Source: Candidatus Poriferisodalaceae bacterium (GTDB taxonomy: Bacteria > Actinomycetota > Acidimicrobiia > Acidimicrobiales > Poriferisodalaceae). From it: a DNA stretch of 64,000 bases. Under the pieces are notes generated by a model. The model worked only from the letters and a program-made list of their open reading frames with translations, was not told the origin of the DNA and did no database searches. The position numbers and the translations under genes were made by a program. The stretch lies in NCBI GenBank assembly GCA_047618365.1, contig JBLHLM010000001.1:9254-73253 (forward strand), read 5' to 3'. Of this stretch, positions 18,238 through 26,365 are shown in pieces. Numbering within the stretch: the first letter of the stretch is position 1; every line of letters begins with the position of its first letter.

Positions 18238-19215
18238 TCAGTTGCCCTCGACGTCGGAACCCGAAATGTTCAGCATGTCCTCAACGAGTTCCTGCACGTT
18301 GAGCGCCTCGCGGAACGTAGCGATTCCGTGCGGCTGTCCCTCCAGCATCAGGCTGAGCTGATCGAGCTGGGCTGCAAACGCCGCTGACGCGAGGGCCTGG
18401 CTATCGGCTGCGAACACATCCGTCCAGCCGCCACCGTCGGTGCGGTGTAGGTGATACCAGTCCCAGATCCGCATCGATCCTTCTGTGCCTCGCACGGTGA
18501 AATCGATGACGTCAGGCCCATCTCCGCCGCTGGTACCGATCATTACGACCGGGGTATCGGTGGCGTCGAAACGTGCGGTGGCTGAATCCTCCGACAGCGT
18601 TCCGCCTGGGCCATCAGGGAAGTGGACGTCCGCGGTCCGCAAGGTCAATGGTCCAAGGGCTCGTCCGGCGACGAAGAGGAAATGGGAAAGCACCTCGCGA
18701 ATCCAGCCGCCTTGGGCGCGAGTGGTCAACCACTGAGCTCTGGTGTGCCAAGCACGCGGCCACTTGGCGAAGTGGAGCCTGATATCGCCGCGAAGCACGT
18801 CGCCGAGATTTCGGGCCGCGACTGAAGCCTGGAGTTCGGTGGCCGAGGGCGCAGCGCTGAAGACGAAGTTCACACCCGCTGGAAGTCCGCTCGTCTCCAC
18901 GGCGGCGACGAGGGTTCGGCTCTCATCGAGATCGATACCCAGCGGCTTTTCGCAGAAGATCGCTGTGTTGGCGGTGAGGCAGTCCTGCACATATTGGCGG
19001 TGGAACAGTGGGGGAACCGCGATGTAGACCACGTCCGCGAGCGCGATGACTTCGGCGGCGTTGGCAGCGATCGTGACGTCTTGGGCGTGCTCAAGACAGG
19101 CTTCTGGGTCGGCGTCCCAGGCGGCGACCAACTCGAACTCGGGGTGCAATGTGAACTGCTCAACGAACCGAGCGCCAACTGTGCCGAGGCCGATGATGCC
19201 AACGCGATGTGTCAT
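18238..19215 (-). CDS. Gfo/Idh/MocA-family oxidoreductase
   Basis: Trimmed to MTHRVGIIGLGTVGARF (Rossmann). CEKPL motif present. Confidence 0.8.
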   Translation of the reverse strand: MTHRVGIIGLGTVGARFVEQFTLHPEFELVAAWDADPEACLEHAQDVTIAANAAEVIALADVVYIAVPPLFHRQYVQDCLTANTAIFCEKPLGIDLDESRTLVAAVETSGLPAGVNFVFSAAPSATELQASVAARNLGDVLRGDIRLHFAKWPRAWHTRAQWLTTRAQGGWIREVLSHFLFVAGRALGPLTLRTADVHFPDGPGGTLSEDSATARFDATDTPVVMIGTSGGDGPDVIDFTVRGTEGSMRIWDWYHLHRTDGGGWTDVFAADSQALASAAFAAQLDQLSLMLEGQPHGIATFREALNVQELVEDMLNISGSDVEGN

Positions 19216-19350
19216 GGGTGCGAGTCTGGCATCAGTCCGGTTGAGCCCTGGTTTTACCGCGTCATTCGAACGCTCCCGACGAGAAGTTTCGACCATCGTG
19301 GTGAACAACCGTTGGGTCCGGGGCGTTGACACTGCGTGGCCAACTTGACC

Positions 19351-20317
19351 TCAGACCATCTTGGTCTGGCGCCCTGCGGACGGCTCGTTTCGGGTGACCC
19401 AGTAGAACAAGATCGCCGAACCGGCGACCAGAAGCGCCGCCGCCCGAAAGGCGGTGGCGTTGCTGCTGTTGTCAGCAAGCCATCCGAGGAGTGGCGGTCC
19501 GAGGATGAAGCCGACGTCGCCGGCGGATCGATAGGCAGCGACGCATTTGCCTCTGACATGTGGTGGAGCGATATCGGCGACGAACGCTGCCGGTGCGGGC
19601 CCGGCTGTTCCAGTCCCAATTGTCATCACGAGGTTGCCGGCGATGAACAAGGCGCTGCCCGTGCTCTGGGCGATCAGCAGGGTGCCGATTCCAGCGGTGA
19701 CTCCCGAGAACACGATCACGGCCCTGCGCCCGAGCCGGTCCGACCCACGCGCTGCTGGCATCAGGGTGAAGAGGGTAAGGACGCCAGTCAGCGTGAAAAG
19801 GCTGCCGAGCGTCGCTTCACCCCAGTTCAGTCGCGGACCTGCGGAGTACAGAGAAACGAGTGTTCCTCGGGTGCCCGCTCTGGTCATGAAGATGGTTGCC
19901 GTCACTAGGGCTAGCGCTCCGAATCGTTTGGAGAGGATGAAACCTCGGAGGGCGCCTGCGGCCGGAATTCCGTTCGCTTCCGTCTGGGCGGGCGATGTCG
20001 ATGAGGTAGATCAGGGCCCCACTCATGTAGAGCGCTGAGTCAGCGCCCGCGACGAAACGCCACAGCAGCAGGGTCCAGATGTTGGCTGCGAAGCCTGAAC
20101 CGATCATCCCGGCCGGAAAGTTCAGCATCAGGCGAGCGAGAGCGAACACCGACAGCATGAAGCCGGCCGCCGCAGCACCGACTCCGAACTCGGCTGCGTA
20201 GCGAGGAATCAGCGGGCAGACGACGCCCTGGCCGGCCATGACCAGCAACGTTGCTCCGCACAACACGAGCAGGTGTTCAGGTTCGCCTAGGCGAGTCATC
20301 CAGTCAGGTCGTTGCAC
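19351..20317 (-). pseudogene. MFS transporter split into two overlapping frames (frameshift near 19986..19993), also shorter than a normal 12-TM MFS
   Basis: ORFs 19817..20317 (LIPRYAAEFGVGAAAAGFMLSVFAL...YLIDIA) and 19351..19905 (GSDRLGRRAVIV..., FVADIAPPHVRGK...GFILGPPLLGWL) are both MFS-like but lie in different frames. After DIA the first frame becomes RPDGSERNSGRRRPPRF. The other frame is open from 20010 downstream. Confidence 0.6.
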
Positions 20318-20426
20318 TGGTCCTTGCTGGCACTCGCTCCCCGTTCACCCTGGGTTGTCCGCCAGCTTTGATCTAACAGGGAGTCTGTGGGGTGACTACT
20401 CTGCTGGTGGGAAGTAGGGGATCATC

Positions 20427-21575
20427 ATGGAAGTTGACCATCCGATCATCTCGGCCGATTCGCACATTGCCGAAGCGCCGAACACTTACACGGACTACAT
20501 CGACCCGAAGTGGCGCCACATTGCGCCACACGTCGTCGAGACTGAAGACAAGGGCGATATTTACGTCATCGACGGCATGAAGCGCACCATCAACATGGGC
20601 CTCATCGCAGCCGCCGGGCAGCAGGCGCACGAACTGAACCCAAAGGCCAAGTGGGCCGACATCCCGCGTAGCGGCTGGGACTCCGATTACCGCCTCGCTG
20701 ACCAGGACAAGGACGGCGTGTCGGCCGAGGTGATCTATCCCTCCGTTGGCATGGTGCTCTGCAACCATCCCGACGCCGACTACAAGAAGGCGACGATGGA
20801 CGCCTACAACCGTTGGATCAGCGACTACTGCTCGGTCGACACCGATCGGTTGCTCGCCATTGGACAGACTCCACTCCGTTCAGTCCAAGAAGGCATCAAC
20901 GACATCACCGCGATGAAAGAAGCTGGCCTACGCGGGGTCATGATGCCCGGCGATCCCGCCACCGACTTCGACTATGACGATCCACAGTGGGATCCGTTCT
21001 GGCAGACCGCAATCGATCTCGACTTCCCCTTGTCATGGCACATCCTCACCACACGCGATTCCGGCCGCCCACGCGGCCCCAAGGCCAACGCGTTCATGAC
21101 CATCATCCGGGCCAATCAAGACATCATGGGCACCCTGGTATTCGGTGGCGTGTTCGAGCGTCACCCGGAGCTGCGTGTCGTGTGTGTCGAGGCCGACGCT
21201 GGCTGGGTTCCTCACTTCATGTACCGCATGGATCACGCCTACAACCGACACCGTTACTGGCTCCCACCAGGCCAGGAGCTGTCGAAGCTGCCGAGTGAGT
21301 ACTTCAGCGAGAACATCTACACAACGTTCCAAGACGACTGGGTCGCGTTTAAGATGGTCAACGACATGAACCACAAGCGGTTGCTGTGGGCTAACGACTT
21401 CCCTCACAGCGACAGCACGTGGCCCTGGAGCCAGGAACTGCTCGACGAGCACGCTGCGAACCTAACGCCCGAGCAGAGCCTCGACATCCTCTGCAACAAC
21501 GTCGCTGATCTTTACAAGATTGATCTCAGCAAGATTCCGGTCGGCGGGGACCTTCTAGCGGCTGGCGCAGTCTGA
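20427..21575 (+). CDS. amidohydrolase-2 family metal-dependent hydrolase (ACMSD-like)
   Basis: IISADSHIAEAP, GVSAEVIYPS and LWANDFPHSDSTWP. Confidence 0.8.
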   Translation: MEVDHPIISADSHIAEAPNTYTDYIDPKWRHIAPHVVETEDKGDIYVIDGMKRTINMGLIAAAGQQAHELNPKAKWADIPRSGWDSDYRLADQDKDGVSAEVIYPSVGMVLCNHPDADYKKATMDAYNRWISDYCSVDTDRLLAIGQTPLRSVQEGINDITAMKEAGLRGVMMPGDPATDFDYDDPQWDPFWQTAIDLDFPLSWHILTTRDSGRPRGPKANAFMTIIRANQDIMGTLVFGGVFERHPELRVVCVEADAGWVPHFMYRMDHAYNRHRYWLPPGQELSKLPSEYFSENIYTTFQDDWVAFKMVNDMNHKRLLWANDFPHSDSTWPWSQELLDEHAANLTPEQSLDILCNNVADLYKIDLSKIPVGGDLLAAGAV

Positions 21576-21578
21576 ACC

Positions 21579-22373
21579 ATGCCCGCATAACAAAGCCACG
21601 AAGTCGACTACGAGGTCTTCGGCGACGATCTGCAATACGTCGAGATCGAACTCGACACGGGTGAGACAGTCATCGGCGAGGGCGGAACAATGATGTTCCT
21701 CGAAGATGGCATCACCTTCGAAACCAAGATGGGCGACGGTTCACAACCCGACTACGGCATCTGGGGCAAGCTCAAATCGGCTGGCAAGCGGGCCATCACT
21801 GGTGAGTCGATTTTCCTGACCCACTTCACGAACTCCGAAAACCCGGGCAAGGTTCGGGCCGGATTCGCGGCCTACTATCCCGGCAAGATTATCCCGATCG
21901 ACCTCGATGAGATCGGTGGCGAAATCATCGTGTAGAGCGATGGGTTCCTCTGTGCAGCCATGGGAATCAAGCTCGACATTGCGTTCCAACGCAAGATCGG
22001 AGCTGGCTTCTTCGGCGGTGAGGGCTTCATTGTTCAGCGCATCACGGGTGTCGGCAAGGTCTTCCTGCACACTGGCGGCTCGATCAAGGCCATGTACCTC
22101 AACAACGAGAAGGTCAGGGTCGATACTGGCTGCCTCGTCGCTCTGCAGCCTTAGCTGCAGTGCGACATCGAGCGAGCCGGCAACTTGAAGTCGATGGTCT
22201 TCGGTGGCGAAAGTTTGTTCCTTGAGACGATCCGGGGCACCGGTTGGGTCTGGTTGCAGTTCCTGCCGTTCTCGCGGGTGGTGGATCGGGTCATGTCGAG
22301 CGGATCGTTCGGCAAGACCGACGGCGAAAGCTCGGTACTTGGCGGCGTTGCCAACCTCTTCGAACGCAGCTGA
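21579..22373 (+). pseudogene. AIM24/TIGR00266 (DUF124) family gene interrupted by three in-frame stop codons
   Basis: One frame reads [51 protein letters not shown]...[16 protein letters not shown]...[121 protein letters not shown]... The stops are TAA 21588-21590, TAG 21933-21935 and TAG 22152-22154. Track ORFs 21690, 21960 and 22185 share this frame. Confidence 0.8.
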
Positions 22374-22428
22374 TCTCTTCGCCAGCGAAGCCAGCCCTGA
22401 GCTCGCTGGGTTGTGACCTGAATCCGGG

Positions 22429-23460
22429 TCAACCGGCGGTGGGGTCGACCAGGATCTTTACTGCCGTTGAGCGTTTGTTGGCGAGGTCGTCGACGGCGCC
22501 GGCGAGCCCATCGAGGGTGACGGTTCCTTGGTGTAGCGGTGCCACTTGGAGACGGCCGTCGTAGACCATGTCGGCGACGATCTTCATCTCGTCGAGCGAG
22601 AACACGATCGATGTGTCGACCGAGATCTCCTTCGTCATCCATTTCATCGGGGAGATGCTGGCGTCACCACCAGTGACCCCGACGATGCACACCGAGCCTC
22701 CGTAGCGAACCATGTCAGCAGCCTGCTGGATCGTCTGGGGAATGCCCGCACAGTCGAACGCGATGTCGGCCCGAAGGTCGCCCGCAGTTGACCGGATGGC
22801 TTCCTGGGCTGGTGGTCCAGGCTCGACGGCGACATCGGCTCCAAGCGAAACGGCCAGTGCTCGTCGAGCCTCGTCGGGCTCGACCACGATGACGTGACCA
22901 GCCCCCGCGATCCGGGCGCATTGGGCGGTGAAGAGCCCGATTGGACCTGCGCCGAGAACGACAACTACGTCACCCACCCGGAGCTTGCTGCGCCTCACCG
23001 CGTGCATCGCCACGCTGGCGGGTTCGATCAGCGCGGCGTCATCGAAGGGCATGTCGGATTGGATCGAGATGCAGCGCTCGCCGCGCAGCTTCATCATCGG
23101 AGCAAAGCCGCCCCACTTCGGGGTGAGGTCACCCCAGTAGTGGCGTTTTGCTGTTCGGCAGTAGGTCGGGAGATCCGCCCGGCACTCGGGGCAGGCACCG
23201 CATCCCGGAGCGAGCCCGCCGGTGACGAGGTCGCCCTCGCTCACGTTGGTCACGTCCTTACCGGCCATCGCGACGTGCCCGACCCATTCGTGTCCGCAGA
23301 CCCCTGACGCGTATGCCCACCCTTCGACGTAGGCATGAACGTCGCTGCCGCAGATTCCACAACGCTGCACTTCGACCACCACCTCATCATCGTCGGGAGT
23401 CGGGTCGTCGAACTCCTTGAGTTCGAGCGTTCCCTTGCCGGTGATAAGTCCTGCGCGCAT
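22429..23460 (-). CDS. zinc-dependent alcohol/threonine-dehydrogenase-like MDR oxidoreductase
   Basis: Trimmed to MRAGLITGKG. RCGICGSDVH, CGHEWVG, CGACPECRADLPTYC and VLGAGPIGL. Confidence 0.85.
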   Translation of the reverse strand: MRAGLITGKGTLELKEFDDPTPDDDEVVVEVQRCGICGSDVHAYVEGWAYASGVCGHEWVGHVAMAGKDVTNVSEGDLVTGGLAPGCGACPECRADLPTYCRTAKRHYWGDLTPKWGGFAPMMKLRGERCISIQSDMPFDDAALIEPASVAMHAVRRSKLRVGDVVVVLGAGPIGLFTAQCARIAGAGHVIVVEPDEARRALAVSLGADVAVEPGPPAQEAIRSTAGDLRADIAFDCAGIPQTIQQAADMVRYGGSVCIVGVTGGDASISPMKWMTKEISVDTSIVFSLDEMKIVADMVYDGRLQVAPLHQGTVTLDGLAGAVDDLANKRSTAVKILVDPTAG

Positions 23461-23537
23461 GTGTCCCCCTGGCGACCCGCTGTCTGAGCTGGGCTGGCGA
23501 TAAGTAGGCACTCAGCATGGACTAGAACCGGAGGTTG

Positions 23538-23858
23538 ATGCTGCGTCGATTCTCACCAGACCTTCCCGAAGTGACCTTGCTTCCGGAACAAGCGCTTCCG
23601 GAACAAGCGCTTCCGGAACAAGCCGACCTGCCGTCCGCGCTTCCGGAGACGGAGCGCCGTCGGTGGCGACGGCGAATCTTTGCGACTGCGGTAGTTGTGA
23701 TCCTTGGTGCCTCGCTCACGAGCGCCCTCCTTGTCGACCGTACGAGCGATCTGTCGCACCGCCAGACTGGGCTCGAGACCGACCCGACACCGGCGTTGAC
23801 GCCTGCTGGTGTTCCCGAAGGAGTTGTCGGTTCGTTCACGGGGAGAAACGGCGGCTGA
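23538..23858 (+). CDS. small bitopic membrane protein with LPEQA x3 N-terminal repeat, hypothetical
   Basis: MLRRFSPDLPEVTLLPEQALPEQALPEQADLPSALPETERRRWRRR, then TM IFATAVVVILGASLTSALLV, then a Pro/Thr-rich tail. GGAGG at 23530-23534. First gene of the + strand operon ending at 25484. Confidence 0.5.
   Translation: MLRRFSPDLPEVTLLPEQALPEQALPEQADLPSALPETERRRWRRRIFATAVVVILGASLTSALLVDRTSDLSHRQTGLETDPTPALTPAGVPEGVVGSFTGRNGG
23579..23623 (+). repeat. three perfect in-frame 15-bp tandem repeats gcttccggaacaagc (encode LPEQA)
   Basis: Read directly. A degenerate partial copy (gcttccgga) follows at 23639. Confidence 0.9.
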
Positions 23859-23885
23859 GATCGTCGGCAGTAGAGTCAGAGTTCG

Positions 23886-24935
23886 ATGAGCCTTCGGTCT
23901 TCCCGCCTCAACGCTGACAGTTTTGCCGAGCTCCAGGAGCTCTATCACTCGCGTGGATGGACCGACGGCTTGCCGATCGTGCCGCCGACCCCGGATGCGG
24001 TGCAGGGCTGTCTCGACTGGGCGATGCTGCCTGCCGATCATCTCGTCGGGATCGAGCCAGTCCGGGCCAGGGCGATCACCGCCGAGAAGCTTGCGATCAA
24101 CGCTGTCATGGCTGGCTGTCTGCCGATGCACTTCCCGGTAGTGGTCACCGCGATGACGGCGATGCTTCAGGAAGAGTTCTTGCTTCATGGCGCGACCGCG
24201 TCCACCGGCGGTTGCGCGGTGCTGTTGATCGTCAACGGACCGGTCCGTCGCGAACTTGGGATGACCACTGACTTCAATGTGCTCGGCAACTCCGACCGGG
24301 CATCGGCTGCCATTGGCCGAGCGATCCGCCTGGCGCTGATCAACGTGCTCGATGTTCGGCCAGGCGAGATCGATCGCTCGACCCTCGGTCATCCTGGGAA
24401 GTTCAGTTACTGCGTGGCCGAGGACGAAGAAGGATCGCCGTGGGAATCTCTCGCGACCGAACGCCTCGGTGACCCCTATGTATCGGCGGTGACCGCCATT
24501 GCGTCCATGGCACCCCGCCAGATCATGAACGAGTGGACGACCGATCCGCGAGAGATCTGCGAAACCGTCGCTGCGGAGATGCGAGCGAACCAGCTCAACT
24601 ACTCGATCTGGGCCGGCAACTACACGGTGATCCTGCCGCCCCAGCTGAGAGCATCGTTCATCACTGCAGGGTGGTCGAAGGCCGACATCCAAGAATGTGT
24701 GTTCGAGCGGGCTCGCGTCAAGCGAGGTCAGTGGGCCGAAGTCGGCAAGGGTTCTGTAGTGAAAGACCGAGCGGAGCGGGAGTACGCAGCGCTGGGTTCG
24801 CCCGATGATCTGATGATCGTCGCCGCAGGGGGACCGGCTGGCGGATTCGCCTCGGTGATCCCGCCATGGTTGGGAACGAAGAGTCGAGCCTCGACGGTTG
24901 CAGTCGGGGCCTGTGTCGATTGCGAGGTGTCATAG
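23886..24935 (+). CDS. conserved-looking protein of unknown function with C-terminal CxxC, directly abutting the selenoprotein gene
   Basis: 349 aa with globular composition and high GC3, e.g. GWTDGLPIVPPT and HGATASTGGCAVLLIVNGP. It ends GACVDCEVS. Stop TAG 24933-24935 is immediately followed by ATG 24936. Confidence 0.7.
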   Translation: MSLRSSRLNADSFAELQELYHSRGWTDGLPIVPPTPDAVQGCLDWAMLPADHLVGIEPVRARAITAEKLAINAVMAGCLPMHFPVVVTAMTAMLQEEFLLHGATASTGGCAVLLIVNGPVRRELGMTTDFNVLGNSDRASAAIGRAIRLALINVLDVRPGEIDRSTLGHPGKFSYCVAEDEEGSPWESLATERLGDPYVSAVTAIASMAPRQIMNEWTTDPREICETVAAEMRANQLNYSIWAGNYTVILPPQLRASFITAGWSKADIQECVFERARVKRGQWAEVGKGSVVKDRAEREYAALGSPDDLMIVAAGGPAGGFASVIPPWLGTKSRASTVAVGACVDCEVS

Positions 24936-25484
24936 ATGTCTAGGCAGGCAATGTCTGAGTCCGGTTGGGTCGTGCTTGACCCGAGTCATGAGGATCGCAA
25001 GGTTGGTAGCGAGCCAGCCCCCAGGCTGGCGACGCTCGCTGGCACGACTGTTGGGGTGATTTCGAACGGCAAGGAGAACACCCGCCCGTTCTACGACCAC
25101 GTCGAGCGCATCTTGCGTGAGCAGCACCAGGTCGCCGAAGTGGTCCGACGCATCAAAGGCAACTACAGCGCGCCTGCTGAGGACGAGCTGATGGCCGAGG
25201 CCATGGGGTGGGATGCAGTGCTCAGCGGGGTAGGTGATTGAGGCAGTTGCTCGTCGTGCAGTTTGCACGACGCTGTGATTGCGGACCGCCAAGGTGTGCC
25301 CGCTGTGTCGGTCATGACGACCGCCTTTGTTGATGCTGCCGAGGCGATGGCGCGGGTTCAGGGTGTGCCCGATCACCCCTTCGCCATCATTGAACATCCG
25401 ATCTCGAGCGCCGACGAGGAAGGGCTGATTGCCCGTGCGCAGGCTGCCGTGGACCGGATTGTTGAGGTTCTCGTTCTCGCATAA
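24936..25484 (+). CDS. UGSC-motif selenoprotein (in-frame TGA 25239..25241 read as selenocysteine), function unknown
   Basis: Track ORFs 24936..25241 and 25263..25484 are in the same frame, with no stop other than the TGA. Read-through gives ...WDAVLSGVGD-U-GSCSSCSLHDAVIADRQGVPAVSVMTTAFVDAAEAMARVQGVPDHPFAIIEHPISSADEEGL..., 182 codons. A SECIS-like hairpin follows the TGA. Confidence 0.75.
25252..25272 (+). promoter_or_regulatory. SECIS-like stem-loop (8-bp perfect stem, AGUUU loop) 10 nt downstream of the in-frame UGA
   Basis: CGTCGTGC-agttt-GCACGACG read directly. The loop starts 19 nt after the UGA, which is within the spacing I recall for bacterial SECIS elements. Confidence 0.6.
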
Positions 25485-25485
25485 A

Positions 25486-25547
25486 CCAGAACTGCTCCGG
25501 CTACCCAGGCGAGAAGCCAGAACTGCTCCGGCTACCCAGGCGAGAAG
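25486..25547. repeat. perfect 31-bp tandem duplication ccagaactgctccggctacccaggcgagaag x2 covering the lrp 3' end and stop
   Basis: Read directly. Copy 2 (25517..25547) contains the last codons and the TAG (25532-25534) of the Lrp gene. Copy 1 fills the gap to the selenoprotein stop (25482-25484). Confidence 0.9.
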
Positions 25548-26065
25548 ATGGTGTAGTCGAGCGGAAGTGCTGTGGTTCGTTTCAGTTCTTCCATGACGAA
25601 CACCGAACGCACGTCGTATAGATCCACCCGATCGATGAGGCGTTTGTAGAAGTTGTCGTAGGCCGAGATGTCCGGCACGACGACCCGCAACATGTAGTCG
25701 GTCTCGCCGCTGGTGCGGGTTGCTTCAACAATCTCCGGAAAGTCGGAGATGGCGGCCTGGAACCCGGCGAGCCACCGAGCCGAGTGGTCGTTAGTGCGGA
25801 TCTGGACCAGCGCCGTCACATCGAGGTTCAGTGCGCTGGGCTCCAGAAGAGCAACCCTGCGGCTAATGATTCCGGTCTTCTCAAGGTTCTGCACTCGGCG
25901 CCAGCACGGCGTGGCGGTCAATCCGACGCGCTCGCCGAGCTCGCGCGCGGACATCGAGGCGTCCTCTTGGAGCAATTGCAGAATTTCCCGATCAACTAAG
26001 TCCACATTGGAATAATATGGCAAGGCTGGGTCGAAAGTCGAGATGATTTTCGCCGAACCGAACAA
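25532..26065 (-). CDS. Lrp/AsnC-family transcriptional regulator
   Basis: DREILQLLQEDASMSARELGERVGLTATPCWRRVQNLEKTGII (HTH) plus an AsnC-type ligand domain. The start is uncertain (TTG 26065 or an internal GTG). Confidence 0.85.
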   Translation of the reverse strand: MFGSAKIISTFDPALPYYSNVDLVDREILQLLQEDASMSARELGERVGLTATPCWRRVQNLEKTGIISRRVALLEPSALNLDVTALVQIRTNDHSARWLAGFQAAISDFPEIVEATRTSGETDYMLRVVVPDISAYDNFYKRLIDRVDLYDVRSVFVMEELKRTTALPLDYTIFSPG

Positions 26066-26091
26066 AACCTCGCGAAGATAACAAACACGTT

Positions 26092-26361
26092 GTGCGCGGT
26101 TCTCTCTACGGTGGAGGTATGGGCATTCAGCAGCGTTTCACCCAGCACCCAGCTTCGGTCGACGAGACCTACCTTGAGCACTTCAAGGTGGCGTCGGGCA
26201 TCGGCCGCGAGCTGGTCTCCGCCGGATTTGCCTGCATGATGCACGCGTTCGTGCCGTCAATGTGCGAGACGACCGGAAGCACGAAGATCAATGAACTGCA
26301 CGCTCGTATTGCGGGCCGCGGTGACAATGCTGCTTCGTCGGAGCTTCGCCAAGTCGGCTGA
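26092..26361 (+). CDS. small conserved hypothetical protein, divergent from the Lrp gene
   Basis: MGIQQRFTQHPASVDETYLEHFKVASGIGRELVSAGFACMMHAFVPSMCETTGS. I recall similar small proteins (a DUF6356-like family) but cannot verify this. The start is either 26092 (GTG) or 26119 (ATG). Confidence 0.45.
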   Translation: MRGSLYGGGMGIQQRFTQHPASVDETYLEHFKVASGIGRELVSAGFACMMHAFVPSMCETTGSTKINELHARIAGRGDNAASSELRQVG

Positions 26362-26365
26362 GCGC

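Noticed and set aside
21579-22373. Genome-wide stop-codon reassignment (TAG or TAA read as sense) as the explanation for the in-frame stops.
   Set aside because: TAG and TAA terminate many confident genes here at family-typical C-termini. Examples are TAG at 5371-5373, 12162-12164, 28773-28775 and 40735-40737, and TAA at 12161-12163 and 18062-18064. Only the TGA at 25239 has specific recoding evidence (motif plus hairpin).
23553-24692. 379-aa minus-strand ORF overlapping the selenoprotein operon. Similar long ORFs lie at 9436..10728(-), 11016..12185(-), 7107..8219(-), 35157..36314(+), 42928..43953(-), 54061..55470(-), 60654..61676(-), 28038..28703(-) and 14327..14995(-).
   Set aside because: Their Arg/Gly/His/Pro-rich composition looks like nonsense, and each lies antisense to a gene with clear family motifs and high third-position GC. 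These are typical shadow ORFs of high-GC DNA.
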